Shown here: piece by piece, positions 1 through 14,289 of the stretch
How positions within the stretch are numbered: the stretch's first letter is position 1
Layout of the letters: every line of letters starts with the position of its first letter
From: Eledone cirrhosa
Lineage: Eukaryota
Direction of reading: 5' to 3'
Length of the DNA stretch: 64,000 bases
NCBI GenBank assembly: GCA_964016885.1
Contig: OZ024741.1
Span: forward strand, 405,046,001 to 405,110,000
Position numbers and translations under genes: made by a program
The notes under the pieces: model-generated
Told to the model about the DNA's origin: nothing
The model's database searches: none
Seen by the model: only the letters and a program-made list of their open reading frames with translations

Positions 1-33
1 TATTTTATAATGGATTGTGACAACCTTCACAGC

Positions 34-67
34 TATTTTATAATTAATTTTTACAGCTTTTCACAAC
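34..67 (+). repeat. Representative type-B monomer (34 bp) TATTTTATAATTAATTTTTACAGCTTTTCACAAC
   Basis: Read directly. GTGACAACC of A is replaced by TTTACAGCTT. It is the minority class, and its +1 length breaks the ORF frames. Confidence 0.98.
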
Positions 68-100
68 TATTTTATAATTAATTGTGACAACCTTCACAAC
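68..100 (+). repeat. Representative type-A monomer (33 bp) TATTTTATAATTAATTGTGACAACCTTCACAAC; common allele TAATGAATT
   Basis: Read directly. It is the majority class, contains the dyad TTGTGA(82-87)-CAACCT-TCACAA(94-99), and runs of A give the 11-aa periodic ORFs. Confidence 0.98.
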
Positions 101-1399
101 TATTTTATAATTCATTTTTACAGCTTTTCACAGCTATTTTATAATGATTTGTGACAACCTTCACAACTATTTTATAATTAATCTTTACAGCTTTTCACAA
201 CTATTTTATAATTAATTGTGACAACTTTCACAACTATTTTATAATTAATTTTTTCAGCTTTTTACAACTATTTTATAATGAACTGTGACAACCTTCACAA
301 CTATTTTATAATGAATTGTGACAACCTTCACAACTATTTTATAATGAATTGTGACAATCTTCACAACTATTTTATAATTAATTTTTACAGCTTTTCACAA
401 CTATTTTATAATTAATTGTGACAACCTTCACAACTATTTTATAATTAATTGTGACAACCTTCACAACTATTTTATAATTAATTTTTACAGATTTTCACAA
501 CTATTTTATAATTAATTGTGACAACCTTCACAACTATTTTATAATTAATTTTTACAGCTTTTCACAACTATTTTATAATTAATAATTAATTGTGACAACC
601 TTCACATCTATTTTATAATTAATTTTTACAGATTTTCACAACTATTTTATAATTAATTGTGACAACCTTCACAACTATTTTATAATGAATTGTGACAACC
701 GTCACAAGTATTTTATAATTAATTTTTACAGCTTTTCACAACTATTTTATAATTAATTGTGACAACCTTCACAACTATTTTATAATGAATTGTGACAACC
801 TTCACAACTATTTTATAATTGATTTTTACAGCTTTTCACAACTATTTTATAATTGATTGTGACAACCTTCACAACTATTTTATAATTAATTGTGACAACC
901 TTCACAACTATTTTATAATGAATCGTGACAACCTTCACAACTATTTTATAATTAATTGTGACAACCTTCACAACTATTTTATAATTAATTGTGACAAACT
1001 TCACAACTATTTTATAATTAATTTTTAAAGATTTTCACAACTATTTTATAATTAATTGTGACAACCTTCACAACTATTTTATAATTAATTGTGACAACCT
1101 TCAAAACTATTTTATAATTAATTGTGACAACCTTCATAACTATTTTATAATTAATTTTTACTGCTTTTCACAACTATTGTATAATTAATTCTGACAACCT
1201 TCACAACTATTTTATAATGAATCGTGACAACCTTCACAACTATTTTATAATGAATCGTGACAACCTTCACAACTATTTTATAATGAATTGTGACAACCTT
1301 CACAACTATTTTATAATGTATTGTGACAACCTTCACAACTATTTTATAATGAATTGTGACAATCTTCACAACTATTTTATAATTAATTTTTACAGCTTT

Positions 1400-2830
1400 T
1401 CACAACTATTTTATAATTAATTGTGACAACCTTCACAACTATTTTATAATTAATTGTGACAACCTTCACAACTATTTTATAATTAATTGTGACAAACTTC
1501 ACAACTATTTTATAATTGATTTTTACAGTTTTTCACAACTATTTTATAATTGATTGTGACAACCTTCACAACTATTTTATAATTAATTTTTAAAGATTTT
1601 CACAACTATTTGATAATGAATTGTGACAACCTTCACAACTATTTTATAATTAATCGTGACAACCTTCACAACTATTTTATAATTAATTGTGACAACCTTC
1701 ACAACTATTTTATAATTAATTGTGACAACCTTCAAAACTATTTGATAATTAATTGTGACAACCTTCATAACTATTTTATAATTAATTTTTACTGCTTTTC
1801 ACAACTATTTTATAAATAATTGTGACAACATTCACAACTATTTTATAATTAATTTTTACAGCTTTTCACAACTATTTTATAATGAATTGTGACAAACTTC
1901 ACAACTATTTTATAATTAATTTTTACAGCTTTTCACAACTATTTTATAATTAATTGTGACAACCTTCACAACTATTTTATAATTAATTTTTTCAGCTTTT
2001 CACAACTATTTTATAATGAACTGTGACAACCTTCACAACTATTTTATAATGAATTGTGACAACCTTCACAATTATTTTATAATTAATTTTTACAGATTTT
2101 CACAACTATTTTATAATTAATTGTGACAACCTTCACAACTATTTTATAATGAATTGTGACAACCTTCACAACTATTTTACAATTAATTGTGACAACCTTC
2201 GCAACAATTTTATAATGAATTGTGACAACCTTCACAACTATTTTATAATTAATTGTGACAACCTTCACAACTATTTTATAATGAATTGTGACAACCTTCA
2301 CAACTATTTTATAATGAATTGTGACAACCTTCACAACTATTTTATTATTAATTGTGACAACCTTCAAAACTATTTTATAATGAATTGTGACAACATTCAC
2401 AACTATTTTATAATGAATTGTGACAACCTTCACAACTATTTTATAATTAATTGTGACAACCTTCACAACTATTTTATAATGAATCGTGACAACCTTCACA
2501 ACTATTTTATAATTAATTGTGACAACCTTCACAACTATTTTATAATTAATTGTGACAAACTTCACAACTATTTTATAATTAATTTTTAAAGATTTTCACA
2601 ACTATTTTATAATTAATTGTGACAACCTTCACAACTATTTTATAATTAATTGTGACAACCTTCAAAACTATTTTATAATTAATTGTGACAACCTTCATAA
2701 CTATTTTATAATTAATTTTTACTGCTTTTCACAACTATTGTATAATTAATTCTGACAACCTTCACAACTATTTTATAATGAATCGTGACAACCTTCACAA
2801 CTATTTTATAATGAATTGTGACAACCTTCA
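1400..2830 (+). repeat. Cassette repeated at +22,264 (~23,660-25,090) and partly at +2,670 (~4,070-4,950)
   Basis: Identical ORF translations at 1583/23847/4253 and 2083/24347, with shared markers TTTGATAA, TACTGC, TTCGCAACAAT. Ends are approximate. Confidence 0.8.
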
Positions 2831-5800
2831 CAACTATTTTATAATTAATTGTGACAACCTTCACAACTATTTTATAATGAATTGTGACAACCTTCACAAC
2901 TATTTTATAATTAATTTTTTCAGCTTTTCACAACTATTTTATAATGTATTGTGACAACCTTCACAACTATTTTATAATGAATTGTGACAACCTTCACAAA
3001 TATTTTATAATTAATTTTTAAAGGTTTTCACAGCTATTTTATAATTAATTGTGACAACCTTCACAACTGTTTTATAATTAATTTTTACAGCTTTTCACAA
3101 CTATTTTATAATTAATTGTGACAACCTTCACAACTATTTTATAATTAATTTTTACAGCTTTTCACAACTATTTTATAATGAATTGTGACAACCTTCACAG
3201 CTATTTTATAATTAATTTTTACAGCTTTTCACAACTATTTTATAATTAATTGTGACAACCTTCACAACTATTTTATAATTAATTTTTACAGCTTTTCACA
3301 ACTATTTTATAATGAATTGTGACAACCTTCACAACTATTTCATAATTAATTTTTACAGCTTTTCACAACTATTTTATAATTAATTGTGACAACTTTCACA
3401 ACTATTTTATAATTAATTTTTTCAGCCTTTCACAACTATTTTATAATTAACTGTGACAACCTTCACAACTATTTTATAATGAATTGTGACAACCTTCACA
3501 ACTATTTTATAATGAATTGTGACAATTTTCACAACTATTTTATAATTAATTTTTACAGCTTTTCACAACTATTTTATAATTAATTGTGACAACCTTCACA
3601 ACTATTTTATAATTAATTGTGACAACCTTCACAACTATTTTATAATTAATTTTTACAGATTTTCACAACTATTTTATAATTAATTGTGACAACCTTCACA
3701 ACTATTTTATAATGAATTGTGACAACCTTCACAACTATTTTATAATTAATTTTTACAGCTATTCACAACTATTTTATAATTAATAATTAATTGTGACAAC
3801 CTTCACAACTATTTTATAATGAATTGTGACAACCGTCACAACTATTTTATAATTAATTTTTACAGCTTTTCACAACTATTTTATAATTAATTGTGACAAC
3901 CTTCACAACTATTTTATAATGAATTGTGACAACCTTCACAACTATTTTATAATTGATTTTTACAGTTTTTCACAACTATTTTATAATTGATGGTGACAAC
4001 CTTCACAACTATTTTATAATTAATTTTTAAAGATTTTCACAACTATTTGATAATGAATTGTGACAACCTTCACAACTATTTTATAATTAATCGTGACAAC
4101 CTTCACAACTATTTTATAATTAATTGTGACAACCTTCACAACTATTTTATAATTAATTGTGACAAACTTCACAACTATTTTATAATTGATTTTTACAGTT
4201 TTTCACAACTATTTTATAATTGATTGTGACAACCTTCACAACTATTTTATAATTAATTTTTAAAGATTTTCACAACTATTTGATAATGAATTGTGACAAC
4301 CTTCACAACTATTTTATAATTAATCGTGACAACCTTCACAACTATTTTATAATTAATTGTGACAACCTTCACAACTATTTTATAATTAATTGTGACAACC
4401 TTCAAAACTATTTGATAATTAATTGTGACAACCTTCATAACTATTTTATAATTAATTTTTAGTGCTTTTCACAACTATTTTATAAATAATTGTGACAACA
4501 TTCACAACTATTTTATAATTAATTTTTACAGCTTTTCACAACTATTTTATAATGAATTGTGACAACCTTCACAACTATTTTATAATTAATTTTTACAGCT
4601 TTTCACAACTATTTTATAAATAATTGTGACAACCTTCACAACTATTTTATAATTAATTTTTTCAGCTTTTCACAACTATTTTATAATGAACTGTGACAAC
4701 CTTCACAACTATTTTATAATGAATTGTGACAACCTTCACAATTATTTTATAATTAATTTTTACAGATTTTCACAACTATTTTATAATTAATTGTGACAAC
4801 CTTCACAACTATTTTATAATGAATTGTGACAACCTTCACAACTATTTTACAATTAATTGTGACAACCTTCGCAACAATTTTATAATGAATTGTGACAACC
4901 TTCACAACTATTTTATAATTAATTGTGACAACCTTCACAACTATTTTATAATTGATTTTTACAGCTTTTCACAACTATTTTATAATTAATTGTGACAACC
5001 TTCACAACTATTTTATAATTAATTGTGACAACCTTCACAACTATTTTATAATTAATTTTTACAGCTTTTCACAACTATTTTATAATGAATTGTGACAACA
5101 TTCACAACTATTTTATAATGAATTGTGACAATCTTCACAACTATTTTATAATTAATTGTGACAACCTTCACAACTATTTTACAATTAATTGTGACAACCT
5201 TCACAACTATTTTATAATGTATTGTGACAACCTTCACAACTATTTTATAATTAATTGTGACAACCTTCACAACTATTTTATAATGAATTGTGACAACCTT
5301 CACAACTATTTTATAATGAATTGTGACAACATTCATAACTATTTTATAGTTAATTTTTTCAGCTTTTCACAACTATTTTATAATGAATTGTGACAACCTT
5401 CACAACTTTTTAATAATGAATTGTGACAACCTTCACAACTATTTTATAATTAATTGTGACAACCTTCACAACTACTTTATAAATAATTTTTACAGCTTTT
5501 CACAACTATTTTATTATTAATTGTGACAACCTTCACAACTATTTTATAATTAATTGTGACAACCTTCACAACTATTTTATAATTAATTTTTAAAGATTTT
5601 CACAACTATTTTATAATTAATTGTGACAACCTTCACAACTATTTTATAATTAATTTTTACAGCTTTTCACAACTATTTTATAATTAATTGTGACAACCTT
5701 CACAACTATTTTATAATTAATTTTTACAGCATTTCACAACTATTTTATAATGAATTGTGACAACCTTCACAACTATTTTATAATTAATTTTTACAGCATT

Positions 5801-7649
5801 TCACAACTATTTTATAATTAATTGTGACAACCTTCACAACTATTTTATAATTAATTTTTTCAGCTTTTCACAACTATTTCATAATGAACTGTGACAACCT
5901 TCACAACTATTTTATAATGAATTGTGACAACCTTCACAACTATTTTATAATGAATTGTGACAACCTTCACAACTATATAATAATTAATTTTTACAGCTTT
6001 TCACAACTATTTTATAATTAATTGTGACAACCTTCACAACTATTTTATAATGAATTGTGACAACATTCACAACTATTTTATAATTAATTTTTTCAGATTT
6101 TCACAACTATTTTATAATGAATTGTGACAACCTTCACAACTATTTTATAATGAATTGTGACAACCTTCACAACTATTTTATAATGAATTGTGACAACATT
6201 CACAACTATTTTATAATTAATTGTGACAACCTTCACAACTACTTTATAATTAATTTTTACAGCTTTTCACAACTATTTTATAATTAATTGTGACAACCTT
6301 CACAACTATTTTATAATTAATTGTGACAACCTTCACAACTATTTTATAATTAATTTTTAAAGATTTTCAAAACTATTTTATAATTAATTGTGACAACCTT
6401 CACAACTATTTTATAATTAATTGTGACAACCTTCACAACTATGTTATAATTAATTTTTACAGCTTTTCACAACTATTTTATAATTAATTGTGACAACCTT
6501 CACAACTATTTTATAATTAATTTTTACAGCATTTCACAACTATTTTATAATGAATTGTGACAATCTTCACAACTATTTTATAATTAATTTTTACAGCTTT
6601 TCACAACTATTTTATAATTAATTGTGACAACCTTCAAAACTATTTTATAATTAATTGTGACAACCTTCATAACTATTTTATAATTAATTTTTACTGCTTT
6701 TCACAACTATTTTATAAATAATTGTGACAACATTCACAACTATTTTATAATTAATTTTTACAGCTTTTCACAACTATTTTATAATGAATTGTGACAACCT
6801 TCACAACTATTTTATAATTAATTTTTACAGCTTTTCACAACTATTTTATAATTAATTGTGACAACCTTCACAACTATTTTATAATTAATTTTTTCAGCTT
6901 TTCACAACTATTTTATAATGAACTGTGACAACCTTCACAACTATTTTATAATGAATTGTGACAACCTTCACAATTATTTTATAATTAATTTTTACAGATT
7001 TTCACAACTATTTTATAATTAATTGTGACAACCTTCACAACTATTTTATAATGAATTGTGACAACCTTCACAACTATTTTACAATTAATTGTGACAACCT
7101 TCGCAACAATTTTATAATGAATTGTGACAACCTTCACAACTATTTTATAATGAATTGTGACAACCTTCACAACTATTTTATAATTAATTGTGACAACATT
7201 CACAACTATTTTATAATGAATTGTGACAACCTTCACAACTATTTTATAATGAATTGTGACCACCTTCACAACTATTTTATTATTAATTGTGACAACCTTC
7301 AAAACTATTTTATAATGAATTGTGACAACATTCACAACTATTTTATAATGAATTGTGACAACCTTCACAACTATTTTATAATTAATTGTGACAACATTCA
7401 CAACTATTTTATAATGAATTGTGACAACCTTCACAACTATTTTATAATGACTTGTGACAACCTTCACAACTATTTTATAATTAATTGTGACAACCTTCAC
7501 AACTATTTTATAATGAATCTTGACAACCTTCACAACTATTTTATAATGAATTGTGACACCCTTCACAACTATTTTATAATTAATTGTGACAACCTTCACA
7601 ACTATTTTATAATTAATTGTGACAACCTTCACAACTATTTTATAATTAA

Positions 7650-10600
7650 TTTTTACAGCTTTTCACAACTATTTTATAATGAATTGTGACAACATTCACA
7701 ACTATTTTATAATGAATTGTGACAATCTTCACAACTATTTTATAATTAATTGTGACAACCTTCACAACTATTTTACAATTAATTGTGACAACCTTCACAA
7801 CTATTTTATAATGAATTGTGACAACCTTCACAACTATTTTATAATTAATTGTGACAAACCTTCACAACTATTTTATAATGAATTGTGACAACCTTCACAA
7901 CTATTTTATAATTAATTGTGACAACCTTCACAACTATTTTATAATGAATTGTGACAACCTTCACAACTATTTTATAATGAATTGTGACAACATTCACAAC
8001 TATTTTATAGTTAATTTTTTCAGCTTTTCACAACTATTTTATAATGAATTGTGACAACCTTCACAACTTTTTAATAATGAATTGTGACAACCTTCACAAC
8101 TATTTTATAATTAATTGTGACAACCTTCACAACTACTTTATAAATAATTTTTACAGCTTTTCACAACTATTTTATAATTAATTGTGACAACCTTCACAAC
8201 TATTTTATAATTAATTGTGACAACCTTCACAATTGTTTTATAATTAATTTTTAAAGATTTTCACAACTATTTTATAATTAATTGTGACAACCTTCACAAC
8301 TATTTTATAATTAATTTTTACAGCTTTTCACAACTATTTTATAATTAATTGTGACAACCTTCACAACTATTTTATAATTAATTTTTACAGCATTTCACAA
8401 CTATTTTATAATGAATTGTGACAACCTTCACAACTATTTTATAATTAATTTTTACAGCATTTCACAACTATTTTATAATTAATTGTGACAACCTTCACAA
8501 CTATTTTATAATTAAATTTTTCAGCTTTTCACAACTATTTTATAATGAACTGTGACAACCTTCACAACTATTTTATAATGAATTGTGACAACCTTCACAA
8601 CTATTTTATAATGAATTGTGACAACCTTCACAACTATTTTATAATTAATTTTTACAGCTTTTCACAACTATTTTATAATTAATTGTGACAACCTTCACAA
8701 CTATTTTATAATGAATTGTGACAACCTTCACAACTATTTTATAATGAATTGTGACAACCTTCACAACTATTTTATAATGAATTGTGACAACATTCACAAC
8801 TATTTTATAATTAATTTTTTCAGATTTTCACAACTATTTTATAATGAATTGTGACAACCTTCACAACTATTTTATAATGAATTGTGACAACCTTCACAAC
8901 TATTTTATAATGAATTGTGACAACATTCACAACTATTTTATAATTAATTGTGACAACCTTCACAACTACTTTATAATTAATTTTTACAGCTTTTCACAAC
9001 TATTTTATAATTAATTGTGACAACCTTCACAACTATTTTATAATTAATTGTGACAACCTTCACAACTATTTTATAATTAATTGTGACAACCTTCACAACT
9101 ATTTTATAATTAATTTTTAAAGATTTTCAAAACTATTTTATAATTAATTGTGACAACCTTCACAACTATTTTATAATTAATTGTGACAACCTTCACAACT
9201 ATGTTATAATTAATTTTTACAGCTTTTCACAACTATTTTATAATTAATTGTGACAACCTTCACAACTATTTTATAATTAATTTTTACAGCATTTCACAAC
9301 TATTTTATAATGAATTGTGACAACCTTCACAACTATTTTATAATTAATTTTTACAGCTTTTCACAACTATTTTATAATTAATTGTGACAACCTTCAAAAC
9401 TATTTTATAATTAATTGTGACAACCTTCATAACTATTTTATAATTAATTTTTACTGCTTTTCACAACTATTTTATAAATAATTGTGACAACATTCACAAC
9501 TATTTTATAATTAATTTTTACAGCTTTTCACAACTATTTTATAATGAATTGTGACAACCTTCACAACTATTTTATAATTAATTTTTTCAGCTTTTCACAA
9601 CTATTTTATAATGAACTGTGACAACCTTCACAACTATTTTATAATGAATTGTGACAACCTTCACAATTATTTTATAATTAATTTTTACAGATTTTCACAA
9701 CTATTTTATAATTAATTGTGACAACCTTCACAACTATTTTATAATGAATTGTGACAACCTTCACAACTATTTTACAATTAATTGTGACAACCTTCGCAAC
9801 AATTTTATAATGAATTGTGACAACCTTTACAACTATTTTATAATTAATTGTGACAACCTTCACAACTATTTTATAATGAATTGTGACAACATTCACAACT
9901 ATTTTATAGTTAATTTTTTCAGCTTTTCACAACTATTTTATAATGAATTGTGACAACCTTCACAACTTTTTAATAATGAATTGTGACAACATTCACAACT
10001 ATTTTATAATTAATTGTGACAACCTTCACAACTACTTTATAAATAATTTTTACAGCTTTTCACAACTATTTTATAATGAATTGTGACAACATTCACAACT
10101 ATTTTATAATGAATTGTGACAACCTTCACAACTATTTTATAATTAATTGTGACAACATTCACAACTATTTTATAATGAATTGTGACAACCTTCACAACTA
10201 TTTTATAATGACTTGTGACAACCTTCACAACTATTTTATAATTAATTGTGACAACCTTCACAACTATTTTATATTAATCTTGACAACCTTCACAACTATT
10301 TTATAATGAATTGTGACACCCTTCACAACTATTTTATAATTAATTGTGACAACCTTCACAACTATTTTATAATGAATTGTGACAACATTCACAACTATTT
10401 TATAATTAATTGTGACAACCTTCACAACTATTTTATAATTAATTTTTACAGCTTTTCACAACTATTTTATAATGAATTGTGACAACATTCACAACTATTT
10501 TATAATGAATTGTGACAATCTTCACAACTATTTTATAATTAATTGTGACAACCTTCACAACTATTTTACAATTAATTGTGACAACCTTCACAACTATTTT

Positions 10601-13600
10601 ATAATGAATTGTGACAACCTTCACAACTATTTTATAATTAATTGTGACAAACCTTCACAACTATTTTATAATGAATTGTGACAACCTTCACAACTATTTT
10701 ATAATTAATTGTGACAACCTTCACAACTATTTTATAATGAATTGTGACAACCTTCACAACTATTTTATAATGAATTGTGACAACATTCACAACTATTTTA
10801 TAGTTAATTTTTTCAGCTTTTCACAACTATTTTATAATGAATTGTGACAACCTTCACAACTTTTTAATAATGAATTGTGACAACCTTCACAACTATTTTA
10901 TAATTAATTGTGACAACCTTCACAACTACTTTATAAATAATTTTTACAGCTTTTCACAACTATTTTATAATTAATTGTGACAACCTTCACAACTATTTTA
11001 TAATTAATTGTGACAACCTTCACAACTATTTTATAATTAATTTTTACAGCTTTTCACAACTATTTTATAATGAATTGTGACAACCTTCACAACTATTTTA
11101 TAATGACTTGTGACAACCTTCACAACTATTTTATAATTAATTGTGACAACCTTCACAACTATTTTATAATTAATTTTTACAGCTTTTCACAACTATTTTA
11201 TAATGAATTGTGACAACCTTCACAACTATTTTATAATGACTTGTGACAACCTTCACAACTATTTTATAATTAATTGTGACAACCTTCACAACTATTTTAT
11301 AATGAATCTTGACAACCTTCACAACTATTTTATAATGAATTGTGACACCCTTCACAACTATTTTATAATTAATTGTGACAACCTTCACAACTATTTTATA
11401 ATGAATTGTGACAACATTCACAACTATTTTATAATTAATTGTGACAACCTTCACAACTATTTTATAATTAATTTTTACAGCTTTTCACAACTATTTTATA
11501 ATGAATTGTGACAACATTCACAACTATTTTATAATGAATTGTGACAATCTTCACAACTATTTTATAATTAATTGTGACAACCTTCACAACTATTTTACAA
11601 TTAATTGTGACAACCTTCACAACTATTTTATAATGAATTGTGACAACCTTCACAACTATTTTATAATTAATTGTGACAAACCTTCACAACTATTTTATAA
11701 TGAATTGTGACAACCTTCACAACTATTTTATAATTAATTGTGACAACCTTCACAACTATTTTATAATGAATTGTGACAACCTTCACAACTATTTTATAAT
11801 GAATTGTGACAACATTCACAACTATTTTATAGTTAATTTTTTCAGCTTTTCACAACTATTTTATAATGAATTGTGACAACCTTCACAACTTTTTAATAAT
11901 GAATTGTGACAACCTTCACAACTATTTTATAATTAATTGTGACAACCTTCACAACTACTTTATAAATAATTTTTACAGCTTTTCACAACTATTTTATAAT
12001 TAATTGTGACAACCTTCACAACTATTTTATAATTAATTGTGACAACCTTCACAATTATTTTATAATTAATTTTTAAAGATTTTCACAACTATTTTATAAT
12101 TAATTGTGACAACCTTCACAACTATTTTATAATTAATTTTTACAGCTTTTCACAACTATTTTATAATTAATTGTGACAACCTTCACAACTATTTTATAAT
12201 TAATTTTTACAGCATTTCACAACTATTTTATAATGAATTGTGACAACCTTCACAACTATTTTATAATTAATTTTTACAGCATTTCACAACTATTTTATAA
12301 TTAATTGTGACAACCTTCACAACTATTTTATAATTAAATTTTTCAGCTTTTCACAACTATTTTATAATGAACTGTGACAACCTTCACAACTATTTTATAA
12401 TGAATTGTGACAACCTTCACAACTATTTTATAATGAATTGTGACAACCTTCACAACTATTTTATAATTAATTTTTACAGCTTTTCACAACTATTTTATAA
12501 TTAATTGTGACAACCTTCACAACTATTTTATAATGAATTGTGACAACCTTCACAACTATTTTATAATGAATTGTGACAACCTTCACAACTATTTTATAAT
12601 GAATTGTGACAACATTCACAACTATTTTATAATTAATTTTTTCAGATTTTCACAACTATTTTATAATGAATTGTGACAACCTTCACAACTATTTTATAAT
12701 GAATTGTGACAACCTTCACAACTATTTTATAATGAATTGTGACAACATTCACAACTATTTTATAATTAATTGTGACAACCTTCACAACTACTTTATAATT
12801 AATTTTTACAGCTTTTCACAACTATTTTATAATTAATTGTGACAACCTTCACAACTATTTTATAATTAATTGTGACAACCTTCACAACTATTTTATAATT
12901 AATTGTGACAACCTTCACAACTATTTTATAATTAATTTTTAAAGATTTTCAAAACTATTTTATAATGAATTGTGACAACCTTCACAACTATTTTATAATT
13001 AATTGTGACAACCTTCACAACTATGTTATAATTAATTTTTACAGCTTTTCACAACTATTTTATAATTAATTGTGACAACCTTCACAACTATTTTATAATT
13101 AATTTTTACAGCATTTCACAACTATTTTATAATGAATTGTGACAACCTTCACAACTATTTTATAATTAATTTTTACAGCTTTTCACAACTATTTTATAAT
13201 TAATTGTGACAACCTTCAAAACTATTTTATAATTAATTGAGACAACCTTCATAACTATTTTATAATTAATTTTTACTGCTTTTCACAACTATTTTATAAA
13301 TAATTGTGACAACATTCACAACTATTTTATAATTAATTTTTACAGCTTTTCACAACTATTTTATAATGAATTGTGACAACCTTCACAACTATTTTATAAT
13401 TAATTTTTTCAGCTTTTCACAACTATTTTATAATGAACTGTGACAACCTTCACAACTATTTTATAATGAATTGTGACAACCTTCACAATTATTTTATAAT
13501 TAATTTTTACGGATTTTCACAACTATTTTATAATTAATTGTGACAACCTTCACAACTATTTTATAATGAATTGTGACAACCTTCACAACTATTTTACAAT

Positions 13601-13700
13601 TAATTGTGACAACCTTCGCAACAATTTTATAATGAATTGTGACAACCTTTACAACTATTTTATAATTAATTGTGACAACCTTCACAACTATTTTATAATG
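7650..13700 (+). repeat. Internal duplication with 3,822-bp offset (~7.65-9.87 kb vs ~11.47-13.69 kb)
   Basis: ORF offsets 7646/11468 and 9678/13500, with the same ordered variants (TTAAATTTTTCAG, TATGTTAT, CCTTTACAAC). Confidence 0.8.
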
Positions 13701-14289
13701 AATTGTGACAACCTTCACAACTATTTTATAATGAATTGTGACAACCTTCACAACTATTTTATAATTAATTGTGACAACATTCACAACTATTTTATAATGA
13801 ATTGTGACAACCTTCACAAATATTTTATAATGAATTGTGACAACCTTCACAACTATTTTATAATTAATTGTGACAACCTTCACAACTATTTTATAATGAA
13901 TCGTGACAACCTTCACAACTATTTTATAATGAATTGTGACACCCTTCACAACTATTTTATAATTAATTGTGACAACCTTCACAAATATTTTATAATGAAT
14001 TGTGACAACATTCACAACTATTTTATAATTAATTGTGACAACCTTCACAACTATTTTATAATTAATTTTTACAGCTTTTCACAACTATTTTATAATGAAT
14101 TGTGACAACATTCACAACTATTTTATAATGAATTGTGACAATCTTCACAACTATTTTATAATTAATTGTGACAACCTTCACAACTATTTTACAATTAATT
14201 GTGACAACCTTCACAACTATTTTATAATGAATTGTGACAACCTTCACAACTATTTTATAATTAATTGTGACAAACCTTCACAACTATTT

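Noticed and set aside
68-100. Sigma70 promoter (TATAAT in each monomer) or lac operator (AATTGTGA)
   Set aside because: There is no properly spaced TTGACA and no downstream gene. The lacO similarity covers only the first 8 bp, and such matches are expected in AT-rich DNA.
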